The notes: generated by a model not told the origin, from the sequence alone. Shown: positions 30,633 to 45,109, counted from the first letter of the stretch. The stretch: DNA of 64,000 nt from Lama guanicoe (GCA_013239625.1 MU054338.1:2296977-2360976); one strand, 5' to 3'. Translations and numbers: made by a program.

Positions 30633-31600
30633 AAAAAAACATGCAATCTCACCAGTAGACCAATTAAATGAAAATAAACAGGATTCCACCCCCCTCCCCT
30701 ACACCTAAAAAAGTCTGCAGAGAAACCGCCTGCAGTGCCTCCAGACGGCGCGAGGGTCTGGGCGGGGCCCGCCAGAGCTCCCCCACTTTGGGCTGGAGAT
30801 GTGTACGTAAGAAAACATGAAATCTGCTTCTGAGCTCGGCCTGCCTGGTGGACTGCTGACAGTCGGTGGCTGGCTGAGTGGTCGCACCTGTCCGGCCCGC
30901 ACCTGTCCCCGTCCGAGACGCGGGGACGAGGGTGGCTCTGTGGTGGCTGGGAGGCAGCCCTGAGGAACACAGCCGTCCCGCTGTGGAGGGACATCTGAGG
31001 GCCCAGGCCAGGTGGGGCACGGAGCCCCTGTGCTCAGTGGCTGTGGAAGGATGTCCCAGTGACCTTTGGTTCCCAGACCTGAGGGTGGAGGAGACCGACC
31101 TGGCCAGCACCAGGGGCGAGCTGGGGGGACCGCAGAGCCCAGGTGTCCCGGATGCACGCTCCTGGAAGGTGCACTCACGGGTCCGAGGAAGGCAGCCTGC
31201 GGGAAGGGCCTGGAGCTCCGGTCCTGCTGGTCTTGCAGCTGCCAGCTGTGCCTAGGGACTGATCGACGATCTGGACTCAGTGACCTGCCCCTGGTGAGCC
31301 CCCTGCAGCCCCAGCTCAGGGCACGCCACGTGAGGTCTGTCTCAGATGGGGCTCGGGCGGCGGTCAGAGAACTGAGGCCGGTGGACACGTGCTGGGTTCC
31401 CTGGGCTCTGACAACCCCATCAGCACCCCCCGATCCCATCGCCCCCTCAGCTCTCTGAGGCAGGCTCTCCCGTGGCCCGTGCTCACGCCGGGGAAGGGAG
31501 GCCCTGTGAGGACAAGGCCCAGCCAGAGGGGACTGCAGGCCCCTCACGCCCCCCGCCGGCTCTCTGGGTCCCAGAGGGGGGCCGAGAGGAGGCCGGGGTG

Positions 31601-34600
31601 TCACCGCCGGTAGCGGTAGCGCTTGAAGTGGAACCAGAGCTGGAAGATGCCGTTGGCGAACTGGCAGCGGAAGCCGTGGCGGTGGGAGTACTCCCACTCA
31701 CGGTTGACGATCTTGAAGGCGATGTCCTCGTAGGGCGGCCCGGCGTGGAAGCGCAGGGTGGCGAAGTCCTTGTTGTCGGGGCAGGCCTCCAGGAAGTACT
31801 CGGGCGTGGAGCGCTTGTCGATGAGGTCGGGGTAGAAGATGTTGAACTTGTAGCCCTGCACGATCTTGGGTGGCGGGTTGTCGAAGTCGTAGTGCGTCTG
31901 GTTGTACTTGTTCCACTCGAAGCCCGTGTGCACACGGTTGAAGAAGCGCGGCTTGCGCGGCCGGTACTTGTCCGCCCACAGGTAGGCCTTGCCGGTCAGC
32001 GGCATCTCCACGCTGAACTGTGCCTCGTCCTGGCCCATGCCCTCCTTGGCCCGCCGGAAGAAGATGTCCTCTGCGCTCTCGCTGGCATCGCCTGCGGGTG
32101 GGGCACATTAACCTGGACCCGGCACCGCCACCCTCCCGGCCCTCCTGCGAGGGGAGCTGAGGCCCGCTGAGGGGCAGGCCCCCAACGCTCCCCCTTCCTC
32201 CTGGGCGGGCATCAAACACCATGTGTCCCTGTGAGTTGGCTGAAGTGCCAGGTGGTCAGAGACCCGCAGGGGGACCCCAGGGAAGGGGCCTTTCCCCGGC
32301 GATTTTCCTCTGTACGGGTGACGATGCCCAGGGAGGCCAGGGCCCGGCCAGCATGTGGTGTATGGAGCTCGGAGCAGAGCTGGGCACAGAAAGAAAACCT
32401 GCCATCCCTGTGTCCTTGGGACCCGCCGTCCCGCCCAGAACAAATGAACGGGCGAGACAGTGAACGAGCCTCTGCTCAGAGAGGATCAGGAGCAGGTTCC
32501 CCATCAAGATCCCCTACCGGGCGGGAGCCCCCCCCCCCGCACACACCTGTGACCTGGAGCTGCTGCCGGGACAGCTGCAGGCGCTGCAGGTCCTCGTCTG
32601 GCTCCAGCACGTGGGCGTCCAGCGGCAGCTCGTGGGCCGTGAGCAGCCGCGGGCTGTACTTGCCGGCATCGTAGTCATCCAGGCTCTGCTGGATCAGGTC
32701 CTCCTCGTTGAGCACTGCCTCTCCGTCCGCCTCACCCTCTGCGGGCGCCGCCCCTTCCCCCTCCGGCTCCGCGGGGCCGCCCTCTGAGGAGGGCCCAGGT
32801 GGGGTGGGGGCCGGGTCCTCAGGCTCCAGGCTGCAGAGAGAGGGCTGGGCTGAGCCAGGCGGGCAGTCGGTGCAGCCCAGCCCCTTCAGAGGCAGGCAGG
32901 GCCCCCAGCCTGGTGGGGTTGTCCAGCCGCTGGCCTACCTGTGGCTGGGAGACTGTGGCTCCTGCTTGAGGATGGGGAACAGGGGCTCACTCTCCACCCC
33001 TTGCTCCTGCTTCAGCTTGTACAGCTTCTGCCGCAGCACGTCCTGGTGCCGCTCACGGAGCCTGGAACACAGGCCAGGTGGTCACCCTGACACTCCGAGG
33101 GCAAGGGGCGCCACCCCCCAGGCTCTCTCATGACCACCCCTTCTTGCTGCAAGGACATGCAGTCTGAGAGGGCAACCAACCAGTGGCCATGGCACAGACG
33201 GAGACCCTGACAGGAACGGCCAGTCCAGGGCCCAGGTTTTGGTCACTAGAAAAATGGGACTCAGGGTCACAGACCCCAGACAGCCATCCCTTGGCAGAGA
33301 AGTGGCAGGTCCCTGTCCTCGGGTATTCACACGCAGGCGTGACTTAATGGCCAAGCTGGGCTGGAACAGGACACAGGCAGTGAGGAAGAGGATAAATTTA
33401 GCAGCAACTGCACTTGACGGCAGACAAGCAGTGTTTACATGGCGGTGCCAAGCATGCCAAGAATTCGTATACTGGGGTGTGGGGCCGTGGAAGGTGGGGG
33501 ACAACGGCCTCAGGGGCTTCCTGTGATGTCTGCCGACCCAGGAAAAACAAAGACCAGGTGCTCAGCAGAGGCAGGAAGGAAGTCAGGCAGGCTGCTGGAG
33601 GCCAGGCGGGGCCCTTCAGGCCGTGGCGCTGGCCTATGGCTCCCAGGAGAGGCCCCTGCTCACCTGGCACGTGCCATGTGGGCACGCAGCTGCTGCAGCA
33701 GGCTCTCCCAGTAGCCCATGTCCAGGTTGGGGCCCCCGGCTCGGATCTTGCCCTCGATGCCCTGGAAGATGACCTGCAGCTGGCTGTACGTCTTCCCCTT
33801 GAAGACTGACTGCACGTCGGAACTCACCGAGGCGTTGACCCCCTCTCGCCGCTCACCTGCAGTGGGGTGGGGGCCATTCAGTGCGGGGCTGGGCCCAGGT
33901 CCTAACCCCTTCACTCTGCCCATGACAACCTCGGCCGCCAGGGATCCTGTCTCCTTCCTGGTCTCTGGTTCACCCCTGACCCTGGCTGGATCCTTCTACA
34001 CTAAGCTGGCGACAGTGTGGACGCTGGCTGGGATGGCTGACAACCTGGGCCTGAGGGAGGCCGGGCAGGAATCTCTCAGCCCCTCCCAGTGAATCTGACC
34101 TTAACTCCAGCCACCACTGCCCACCCTGAACCATGTGGAACCAGGAGGGTTTACCTGGCAGCCAGACCCTCTAGAATTCAGATTCTGCTCTGCCAGTCCC
34201 TGCTGTGTGATCTTGGGCAAGTGGCTCACCTTCTCTGGGTCTCAGTCTCCCCCTCTGCAAAGCCTGGTGGGCCTAAGTGCGTGAGTGCTTAGCTGGGCCT
34301 GGTGTAGCGCGTGAGCTCCAGGAGGCAGGACAGCGCTTGTTTCCCAGGCGCTGCAGGACGTCCTGACGCTGCCCTGAGCTAAATGGGCCCCTCTGTCCTG
34401 CAGGGCAGTCTGTCCTAGCACCTATCCGAGTGGGAGTGCCCAGGTACATGTCGCTCCCCCTCTAGACTGAGAGGCCCGAGGGCGAGGCAGATGCTGCCTG
34501 ACCCTACCTCTCCCCCGCACATGGGCTTCCTTGTTTGTTGCTCATTAGACACCAATGTGTGGTGTGTGTGTGTGGGTGGGGGGGTATGTGTCTGTGTGTG

Positions 34601-37600
34601 TGTCCGCCCCAGGGCCTTTGCACATGTGGGTGCTTTCTAACAACAAGTTTTTCCTCATCTAATTTGCCTACTAGATCCCACCTGTCCTCAGTGCTCGGCA
34701 AGAACCACCCTCTTACTGGGAAGACTTCCCTGACCCCCACATTGCTCCCTTGGCCTGCATGTCCGATTCGTGGCTTCCCAAGGGCAAGGGCCTCCTTGGG
34801 CTTCTGGCTGCCATTTCCCTAGCACTGTGCTGGCCCAAGGGGAGCCCAGTCTGCAGCTGCTGGGAGAATGCAGGGGCAGGTGACCACCTTGTGTTCTCTG
34901 CTCAAAGCCGGCTTCTGCGACCCCTGCCAGTGGACAAAAGGTCACAGCTGATCAGACAGGGTCAAGAAAGACCTCAGTCCCTTCCCAAGCTGGGAATCAG
35001 CATCTGGAGGCTCCACCCTCCGCTGGGCTACCAAGCAGCCTGGCCTTAGTCTGCAGCAGGTGCAGGAACATCACGGGACCAAAACCGAACTTGGTGATGA
35101 CTCCCACACCCAGCCAAGCGGAGCCGCGTCCTGCACTGACTCAAACAAAAGCTGGGCCTGTACTCGCTCAAACGGACGGAGCCACCGGTGAAAGCCTACA
35201 ACCTTAACAGACAGCCCACACGGGTGCCACTCCCATGGAAGCCATGGCTGCTAAGCCACTGCTGATGGCCACCAACAGGCCCGGCTGAGCACCCTCTGGG
35301 TCAGCATGTCAGGAGACGGCAGCACGGAGGGGAGATGGGAGGCCCCTCCCTGTTCGGGTGGGAAAGGGCATCTCCTCAGAGATGCCCACTGGGAGGACCC
35401 ACTGGGGAAGGTGCAGGGGAGCCCAGGGGCCCGCTGGGGAGGGTGCAGGGGAGCCCAGGTGCACTTTCTACTGTGCACCTGATTGTACAGTTAGGATTTT
35501 CTAGCTACAAAGAGAAAAAAAAGAAAGAGAAAAGGGGAGGGGAGGAGAGGAGAGGAAAGAAAAGGGCCCAACTTAATTTGAAAGGACGAAGAACAGCACC
35601 AGTGGGTGGGACTCCCGGAGCCGTGGAGTCAAACCTCCAGGCTCCCGTCTTCTCCTGGAATCAGGCCAAAAGAAGAAATAAAGACACACACACACACACT
35701 CTTTGAGGGCACCTGGAGCCACCTGGGACCCTGACCGTACCATGTGACAAGGGGAAATGCACAGAGGGGTGACTGACGTGGTGGAGGGAGGGGAAGGGAA
35801 GCGCCAGAGGGAGGGTATGGACTAGGTTCGTGGGGAGCCCTGGACACAATGTCCCTCCACGCTTTTCTGCAGCCCCGGGGCTGGGGGGAAAGGCCCTGCC
35901 CCTGGAGTTCCAGACCCGTCCTGCAACCACCGGCTGGAGAAGATGTTTCCTGGTGCTCCAGACGCCACGACTTCCTGCCTCTCCCCAGAAGTTACTGGAG
36001 GGTGCGCCCTGCCCCATCCTGTCCCAGGGCCCTGCAGCGCCCTCCCGGCCAGCCCACTGCCACCAAAGGAAATGTTTTTGGACAGGCATTTCTGATGACA
36101 GATATTTTTCCATTCCCTGGAATTACTTACAGCCATGCTGCTAAATGGGCTGAGAGAAACAAAACCCCGCTTACAAAGATAGAGGCTATTCCTCATCCTC
36201 CTAAGAGGAAGGGAGCTGCTCGACCCCCCGTCTGAGCAGCGAACATTTGCACAGGAGGGCGTATGTCCTCGGCCACTGCGGGCGGGCAATGAGAGATGGA
36301 GCTTGGCAACGTGGACTGAAGACCCCCAGGAGCTGGACATCCTTAAAGCCAGCGGCTTCAGGGGCTTGGGCTGCCGCGGCTACCTGAGATTTTAGAGAAG
36401 TGGCTCTCAACCGGAGTGGACTCCATCTCCCCCCAGGGGACACCGGGCCATGTCAGGGGGACATCCATGGCTGTCATGACCAGGGGGCTCCTGGCACCAA
36501 GTGGGCGGGGGCAGGGAGGCTGCTCACCAACCACAGCGCCCAGGACGGCCCCCCCCGAGAACGGTCAGGGCCCAAACCCAGACCCAGCCACAGCGCTGGG
36601 AGGGACACTGCTGCAGGGCGTGCCTCCCTTGCCATTACATGTGTGCACTTGTTTTGATGAAAAAAAGTTGATAGAAAGGAACGCGAGATTGCAAGCGGTC
36701 ACGCCAATTGGAGGCGGGTCCTGCTTTCCCTCAAATCGACTGAGCCTCTGGCAAAAGCTTGAAACCCAAACCGAAAAGCCCCCCGGTGCTGCTCCCACAG
36801 AAGCCAAGCGCTCAGCCTGGAAGCCAGTGGGCGCTGCAGGGTGAGCCCCTCCCTCTGCCAGAGAGCCCCTCGCGCAGGGCTGGCCGTCCTGCTGCCCAAT
36901 GCTGCCCCCTGGAGGCTCCCAGCAGACCCAGATGTGTGCCCAGGCGGCCCAGCCCGCGTACCTGGGCCCTTGCCCGAGGCCTCGAGCTTGCGGAGCTTAG
37001 AGATCTCATCCTCTGTGATGACGGTCATGTCCCGCCAGAAGTCCACGTTCTTGCCCTGCTCCAGCTCCATGTACACCTGGGGGTGGGGGCACAGAGGGCG
37101 GTGAGGGCCTGCCGGGGCCCGGGTGCGGCAGCGGGGCCCGGTGGCGCCGGCAGTACCTGGATGTCCTCCAGCAGGTCCTCCATGTCGGCCACAGTGAGGC
37201 CGTTGAGGAAGGTGTAGGGCTCGTGCATCTCCACAGCCAGGTCGTCGTCCTCGGCGCTGATGTACTTGGCCAGCAGGTCGATGGGCTTGGCCCGCCCATC
37301 TCGGATGCGGATCTTGGAGCTGCCAGAGAGCCGGGGGCAGGGTCAGAGCCGGGGGTGGAATCGCCCTCCTGAAGACTCTGCCCTTGGGGATTGACTGGCA
37401 CAGGAGCCAGGGGTGGAGTCCCTCCCGCAGTGGGTGGTGGACAGGGAAGGCTTCCTGGAAGGGGGGGCATCAGTGGAGGAGGAAGACAGGTCAGTAAGAA
37501 GACACAGGCCCCGCAAGGGGCAGAGGCAGGAGCAAGCGTGGGTGTGAAGAGCAGCAGGTGGGCAGGACAGAGGAACAGAGAGGACCGCCCCTTTCCAGCA

Positions 37601-40600
37601 GACAGACCACCTGGGTGAAAGATCCGGAGCCTCAGGGACGCACATCAGAGGCTGACCCTGGTTCAACCGCAGGTAGGCCCGTGCCCAGGCAGGTCTGAGC
37701 CCCTGGGGGCTGGTGCGGCTGCGGACAGCACAGCGAGCAGGTGCCAGGCCCAGGGCTCAGACACCTCACGTGCCTTTGGGCAACTCATGACACCCCAGGA
37801 GCCTCACTTCCCCATCTGTAAATGGGGCTGGCCAGCGGTGGAGAGGGCCTAGTCAGTCAGTGCTGGCTGGACACGCGCACCTCTACCAGTAGCGGGGTCG
37901 GATGCCCCTCAGCACCCGGCCCCGCGGGGCGGTGGGTGCGATGAAGAAACCAGAAGGAAAGGTGGCAAGCACGAGGCAGGGGCAGGCACCGGAAAGGGGT
38001 CAGGGAGGGACCCTGAAGAGGTGGTGGGTGGAAATTCACGGGCAAGGGGGCAGCGGGGGGAACAGGCTCCGGGCGCTGGGGTCCAGGAGGGGGTTGGGGG
38101 TGGGGCCCCGCCCGCCGCACCGGAGCTTGGCCTGCTGGAGATGGAAGTTGTCCTCCTGCTCCTCCCACGTCTTGAAGTGCTCCGCCTCCTTCTCCCGCTG
38201 CAGCATCTCCAGCTCCTGCTCCCGCATGGCCTTCTCCCGCTCCCGCTCCAGCCGCAGCTGCTTCACCTGGGGGTGTCCGGGAGGATGAGGGCAGGACAGC
38301 ACACGACGGGGCTCCCGTGGGGTCTGCCCCATGCTCTCTCAAGCCCTGGGGCTCCCTAGGGTCAAGGTGGGACTATAACCAAGGTCTGGCCACAGCCTCC
38401 TGGCCCCAGACACAGGAATCGGTCCAGGGATGCCTGAGGCTCTGGACAGACCCCGGGGACAGAAGGGACTGTCTTCTGCTCGAGACACAGGAGCCTGGAG
38501 TGGCCACTTCAGCCACCCTGCAGGGAGCGTCTCAGAGCAAATCCCAGAGGCTAACAGAGCTGAGGTGGAGGGAAACAGCTCTCTGGAGTCACTGCCTGGG
38601 CACCCGGATCCAGCTGTGCCTGAAGCTAATGACCCCTGGACTTTCCACGTAACCCAATCAGGCCCCCCTCAACGTAAGCCAGGGCGAGCCAGCCCTAAGC
38701 CCTCAGGAGGGAAGGGGAGAAGGCGTCTGGCCCCGCGCGGTGGCCCGGGGTGCCCCCACCTTCTGCAGCTCCAGCCGGTTGTCCTCCTGGATCCTCTTGT
38801 TCCGCTCCTTCAGCTCCTTCTCCTCCAGGTGGCTGATCCCCTTCTTCTCCAGGGCCTGGAAGGGTAACCACAGCCTACTGAGCAGGGACATCTCCCTCCC
38901 ACCACCCTCCCCAGGACCACGGTCTCGGAGATGGAGACCCACCAGGCAGAGCATCTGCATAAGGAGGGCAGGGCTGAGAGAAGAGCCCTGCCCACGGCCA
39001 CCGCCCAGCTTCCATGGAAGACACGAACGCCTTACTGCCTACAGAATCAGTTCAACATGCTCCACAGTGAGGAGCACCCCGACCTCTGCCCTGAGACGTG
39101 CACTGAGACACAGAGAAGCAGCAGCTCCCCAGCCCTGGCAGGATCCGTGAATCTCACACACAGGAGCCTTACTTGCACCTGCTGACTCTTGTTTTACACA
39201 GAAGCCCAGCTGCACTGGCCTCAGCAGGTCGGACCCCGGGCTGCTGCGGGGAGAGGCAGAACCAGCGACTGAACAAGAAGGCTACAAAGGCGCACTGGCG
39301 GGGCCCATGATGAGCGAAGGCAGAGCTGCCCCACTCAGACCCTGGGCACAGCGCGCAGGCCCTCCCCGTCCCTGTCCTCACCTGCTGGAGGGTGCTTGGG
39401 GCACTGGCTCCTCAAGTCCCCCCACCCCTCCCAGCATCATCTTACAGTCATTGCCCGTGCAGTTGCGAGCCCTGTACTTCCTGTCACCTCCCCTGGCTCC
39501 GAGGGGTGCTCAAGGATCCCCGCACATGGAAAACACGCACTTCAAGTGTGACCCAGGGCTGCCTGGCCTGGGGCCACCCCTTGGGACCTTTGTGGCTCCT
39601 CCGCCTCCCCAGCCCTGGCCTGGGCCGGGCACCATGTTTTACACAGGTGGGCAATGACCACGCTCCGTGTCTCCAAGCACAAGGAATAGGAGCTGAGGGC
39701 CCAGACAGGGAGCCGGACAGCCTGGTTCAAGTCCCAGGCCTGCCATTCATGACCAGCTCAGTGTCCTGATGCTGACAAGGCTGCAGCAAGGTGGGCTGAT
39801 GTGCAGATGGACACACAGAGCGCCCTCTGAGCCACGCCAGGTGCACAGGCATGTTTCTGTGCAGCTTCACACCTGCCCACCCCACCTGCCCAGCTGCCTC
39901 GAGGACTTGGGGGTAAGACATGTGACGCCACCAGAACTAGAGAGGCCTCAGCGGCTGAGTGGGGCCGACCCCCACGTGCTTCTCTCAGGAGGGCCGATGA
40001 AGGCCTCCGGACCAGGAGACCTCTCAAGACCAGCTCATTCATTCGACATTTAGAGAGCACCTACTGTGTGCCAGGGCCTGGGGACAGAGCTGGCCCACAA
40101 GCTCACAGTCCAGCAGGAAATGCACCGTATAAAGCAGACGTGTGTTTAGACGTCACCTTTGCAAAGAGACCTTTCTGGAGCTGCGTATTTCAACTACAGC
40201 CACCGTGCCCTCCTCCTGCCCCCAAGCCTTCGTTCTCTCCTCTGTGGACTCAGCCAATTCACTTATTTACAGCCTGTCTCCCGCACCAGATTGCTGGCCC
40301 CACGGGAACAGGGATCTTGGTCTCTGTTGCTCCCTGACACACGCCCAGGGCCCACATGGAATCTGGTACCCAGCAAGGTTGTGATTCACGGGCTTGTTAG
40401 TAAAGCACTAGGAAGGAAGAGGCGGTACCTTGATAAAGAACACCAGGACCCAGGGGACCACGGGGGCCAGGAAGGCCTCTCAGAGGAGGGGGGGGACATG
40501 GAACCTGAGATCTGAAGGTTGAGTAAGAAGCAGCCGTGGAAAGGGCTGGGGAGTGTTCCAGGCAAGGAATGGTGAGTGCAAAGGCCCTGAGGTAGGATGA

Positions 40601-43600
40601 GCTCCGTGTCTTCAACACAGTGGCAAGGATCTGTGCCTGGAGCATGTGTGGTAAGCGGGAGACACCTTTACTTTGCTGGTGCCCGCCTGCTCTCACCCTC
40701 CCCCACTGTGCCAGGTTGAACTGTGACCTCCAAAAAGGTATGTCCATGTCCCAAAACCCGGAACCTGTGAAGATGACCTGATTTGGAAACAGGGTCTCTG
40801 CAAATGTAATTAGTTGATGTCAAACCGGATAAGCCCGGGCTCTAATCCAATGCCTGGCATCCTTACAAGAGAAGGGAAATCGGGACACACAGACACAGAC
40901 AAGGGAACGCCCATGAAGACACAGACGCAGAGGGAAGGCAGCCATGTGGCAACAGGGGCAGAGACGGTGGGGGATGCAGCTGGGCTGGCCAGCAACTCCC
41001 AGAAGCTGGAAGAGGCAGGAAAGAGTCTCCCCTAAACCTCTAGAAGGAAGGAACGTGGCTCTGCAGACACCCTGATTTTGCACTTCTGGACTCCAGAACG
41101 GTGAGGGACATTCTGCTGTTTTAAGCCACGTGCCCAAGGCCATGGCTGGCAGGGAAGCGACTGGTGTGCGATTTTCATCTCGGGAATGAGGTGACAGCTC
41201 TGAGCTGACTGAGCATCTGAGACTGTGGGATCCCATGGGCGGGCGGTGATGCAGAGAACCTGTTCTCCAGGCACACCTGAGGCCAGGCTGAGTCTGTGGG
41301 CCCAGGGTGCCTGAGATCCGACACCGCAGGAGACAGTCAGCACCACAGAAGCTGGCATGTGCGTGTGTGAAATCACTGCGAATGGCAAGGTACAACCTGG
41401 GAACGTGTGCTGGCAATGCTGAATAATGTCTTTTAAAACAGAATGCGTCAATAGTGTATGAAGCAAGAACCAGGAGACGGGAACGGTGCCAGCACGGAAC
41501 GGCCGGTGGCCCCGCTGGGCTCACCTTGTTCCAGATGAAGGTGCCCAGGAGGTTGTTGTCGCCGAAGGGGTTGTCGGTGTTGGTGTAGCCCATGTACTCC
41601 TCGCCCCAGCCCATCTTCTCCCGCTTCTTCCTCTCCTTGGCCTCCTTCTTGGCCAGCCGGCGGGCGCGCTTCTCCTCGGGCGTCTCGAAGGCCTTCATCA
41701 GCTCCTCCTGCTGCTTCCGCTCCTCCCGCAGCCGAAGCCGCTCCTGCAGGCTCTGCTGCTGGCTCAGGGCTGCCGCCGCCTCCCCGGGGCTCCGAGAGCA
41801 GTCTGGGGACGCAGAGCCGGATGTGGAGGAGCCTGGGGACCAGGAGCGCGCCTGCCGGCGGCGGTGGGCCCATCGGCCCCGCTGCTGCTGCTGCCGGTCA
41901 TCACCCGAGTCGGACTGAGAGGACCCGTCCTGCACGCGCCATCGGGGCAGTGGGGGGCTCCGGCTCTGCCTGCCTCGCCGCTGCCGCCACCGCTCTTCAT
42001 CTGAATCCGACCTGCGGAGGGAACACCGACTGCCAGTCGGGCAACTGTTCGACAGCTGTTTCCTGGACGCCTGCTGCATGCCAGGAGCTGTTTGAGGTTC
42101 AGGGGATATAGTAGTGATCAAAACATTGATGGCCCCTGCTTTGTGGGGCTTACATCAACAAGTAAACACACAGTGTGAGACCAGATGGTGCCATGAGCCA
42201 CAAAGAGTGTGGGTAGCATTAGAACCTGGAGGTCAGGGAGGATCTCCGTGAGGCGGTGACACTGGAGGAAGTGGGAAAGGAAGCCATGAGGAGATCTGGG
42301 GAGACAGTGATCCAGGGAGAGGGCACAGCAAGAGCAAAGGCCCTGGGGCAGGAATTTGCTTGGCATATTCAAGAAGCAGCAATCAGGCCTGTGTGGTTGA
42401 AGCAGAGGGAGCGAGGGGGAGGGCAGGAGGGAGGGACGGCAGGGAGGTGGGCTCCCTGATGGTGCAGGAGCTATAGGCTCTGTCCAAGGTGTCAAGGGAG
42501 GGCTTACAGGAAGAAGTGGTGTTTAACTGTCCTACAGGAGTGAACTGGTGTAGTATCGACAGGGATAAAGAACCATGGAAGGGTACTGTAAGCAGGGAAG
42601 GGAAGGGAAGGGAAGGGATAGAGTCTCAAGATCATATTCTTTAATGTTGGGGGACTTTGAACAACTAAATTTGCCTTTATTTTGTTAAATGCTCTACCTG
42701 TTAAGCTCACATCAAAAAGATCTACATCACAAAACCCAATTATTTTGGAGTCCTTAGACACAAACTACAAATCTGGTCAAATCTTCATAAATGACACTGG
42801 CTCTAATGATATATCTAGGGTGGCTGGTTCTTATGAATAATTAAAACCATAGGAAACAGTAGATGAAAAAAAATTCAAAGATGATAACAAGACTTACTGC
42901 TACACATGAATCAATGAGAAAACATCAACACCAGGGACTTAACCCAGAGCTAGCAAACTTTTCTCTGTAAAGAGCTCGACAGTCTCGGGCACAACCACTC
43001 AGCTCTGTTGTCGCACTGCAGAGGTGGTCACGGAGGTTACATGAACAAACGGGCATAAATTTGTTCAATAAAATTTTATTTCTGGACACCAAAATTTGAA
43101 TTTCACATAATTTTCACGTGTCATGAAATACTATTCTTTTTACTTTTCTTCTCACCGTTTAAAAATATAAAAACTAAAAAAAATATATAAAAACTATTCT
43201 TGGTCCACAGATCGTGGTTTGCCAAGCCCTGGTTTAAGCCATCTCTTTACTATTTCTGCTGGTTATATCTTCCAGGAATTCCTGGGTGGGAATGATCTTA
43301 TGAGACTCAAAAGGAAAGGTCACTTTCTCAACCTAGAGGGTGATTAGCTATGTCTGACTACAGCCACTGTGGCTATGGTGTGGAGACAGGCTGGAGGGAT
43401 GGAAGATAGCACATGCCTGGAGAGGCTCCACGGACATCCGGAGGACACAGATGAGGAAACCTGGGCCACAGCGGGGCAGGGACTGGCCTGGGTTTCAGTC
43501 AGTTATGGGCTGAGCCAGCACTGGGACGCAGGTCTGAGAGTCAGTGCCTATCACGGTTCTGGTTCCTTTGTGCTGGAGCAGACTCAAGCAAAGTCTGGCC

Positions 43601-44428
43601 AGGTGCCTCATCTTCAGAAAAAATAGGGCTGTGGGCCGAGGGGAAGCTGATCCCCAAGTCCTAGGAGTCAACTGAGTCCTGCCACCTACCATCAACAGTT
43701 CTTCTCTCTCACATCCCTCCTTTGTTAGCAAGTGACACTTCTGCTTCTGAAATTCCTATCAAATCTACTCAGTTTCCCACTGGACCTCCCCTCAGCCTCC
43801 CTCTCCTGAAGGCCATCATCTTCTGTTGCCTAGACAATGGTAGTATCTTCCTCCTCCCTGGTGTCACTCCTGCCTACCCTCTCAGTCCAAGCGAAACCAG
43901 CAGGAGTTCTGCAAGGTAATCCAAACCGTAGCACTCCCTGGTTCAAAATCCTCCACAGCGCCCTACTCCCTCCACATAACAATCAAACCCTTCACGACGG
44001 TACGCAAGACTGCACGATCTGGTCGCCCGTTTCCTCTCCGACCTCATCTACTCCCTTTTCGCCTCGCTCACTGCGCTTCTTGCTGTACCTGCAACCATCA
44101 GGTGCCCTGCCTGAAACGCCTCTCGCTTTCCTTTCACTGCCTGGTTAATTCCGACTCGTGCTCAGACGTCCCCTTCTTCAGGAAGTCCTCCGTGACTAAC
44201 TCGAGGGTCTCCTAGCTCTCCGAGGGCTAGAGCCGGATCCTCAGCGCGGCTCACACAACGATCCTACCTGCGCTCCCGGCTCCTCCGTCTTCGCCTGCGC
44301 CGCCCCTCGTCATCCCGGCGCCGCCGGTTTCGCCGCCCATGGCTTCTGCTCCGACTTCGGCTCCGACTCCGCTGCCTTCGGCCCCTGCGACCGGCCGACC
44401 GTGAGCGCGAACGTGTGTCCCGACCCAT
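31601..44428 (-). CDS. CACTIN: Splicing factor Cactin (spliceosome C complex subunit), 752 aa
   Basis: Exons 44428-44268, 42011-41525, 38855-38760, 38266-38121, 37319-37157, 37076-36962, 33856-33664, 33061-32939, 32830-32547, 32091-31601 (2259 nt, phases consistent). RS-rich N-terminus MGRDTRSRSRS, YTNTDNPFGD, C-terminal KYRPRKPRFFNRVHTGFEWNKYNQTHYD...FKRYRYRR*. Confidence 0.97.
36400..36600. mobile_element. MER20 DNA transposon
   Basis: 'gtggctctcaacc...cccccaggggacac...catgtcagggggacatc...ggctgtcatgac...ctcctggcacc'. Confidence 0.6.
39990..40620. mobile_element. L2 fragments
   Basis: 'cattcattcgacatttagagagcacctactgtgtgccagg', 'gagtgcaaaggccctgaggtagga'. Confidence 0.55.
40709..41130 (+). 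mobile_element. MLT1 (ERVL-MaLR) solo LTR
   Basis: 'tgccaggttgaactgtgacctccaaaaaggtatgtcc...gatttggaaacagggtctctgcaaatgtaattag...ttctggactccagaacggtgag...ttctgctgttttaagcca'. Confidence 0.8.
42060..42560. mobile_element. L2 LINE fragment
   Basis: 'gggcacagcaagagcaaaggccctggggcaggaat...ttggcatattcaagaagcagcaa'. Confidence 0.6.
42945..43235 (+). mobile_element. MER58B DNA transposon
   Basis: 'cagagctagcaaacttttctctgtaaag...tcaataaaattttatt...aaatttgaatttcacataattttcacgtgtcatgaaata...tttgccaagccctg' with terminal inverted repeats. Confidence 0.8.
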
Positions 44429-44960
44429 CGGCTGGGACGGTGGCGGCGGGGGCGCTGACACAAATATCCGGGGCCTGTGCCGGGGGCCTTCCTCGCTCGC
44501 GGCGCGTGCCTGGCTGCCCCATCCACGCCTGAGCAAGGAGATAGGAACCCATCCAGACGCCCATCCTGCGCGGACTCCGATCCCCTATAACCTCTCTACG
44601 GCCCTTAAACAGGGCCTGCGTGATGGGCTCCGGCCGGACTGTCGCCGCCAGGGTTGGGGACTCGCTCTTCAGGCAGTACTAAGGGCAGCCCCAGATGGGG
44701 CCTCGCGCCTCAGGCAGCCAGAGGAGCTGTGGGCGGAGCAAGGGCGAACCAGGAACTGTCAGTGGGGCGGAGCCTGGGGAGGCGGGGCCGAGAAGCCTGT
44801 AAAGAGAGGAAGTGGAGCCGGCATGGGCGGGGTCCAGGAGGAGGGATCAAGAGACGGCGGGGCCCCGCGGCGGGGCCAAGGGAGGCGTGTCCGGGAAGCG
44901 AGATCTCGCGGCCTGTGGAGGCGGGGAACCCTCCAGAGCGTAGATTAGAATCAGGGCTGC
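44230..44960 (-). promoter_or_regulatory. CACTIC: CACTIN CpG-island promoter
   Basis: CpG-dense around the ATG at 44428; several GGGCGG boxes 44730-44790; palindromic GCGAGATCTCGCG near 44898-44910 (ZBTB33/BANP-like). Confidence 0.7.
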
Positions 44961-45109
44961 TCAAGGAGGCGAGGGGTGGGAGCTGGGACAGAAGCAGAAA
45001 AGCCTTAGATGTTGAGCTGACCTTCTGTGAGAGTCACCATCATGCTCCACCACCCGCCGATGAATACCTGTGTGTTTCAGGGGTTAAGCTGAAAGAGAAA
45101 AGTACTTGA

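Noticed and set aside
30705..31697. 330-aa minus-strand ORF overlapping the CACTIN 3' UTR
   Set aside because: GC-rich, no recognisable domain, and no splice route seen into this frame; long chance ORFs are expected at this GC content.
40820..42121. 433-aa minus-strand ORF
   Set aside because: CACTIN exon 2 (42011-41525) with chance read-through into the intron and an MLT1 LTR.
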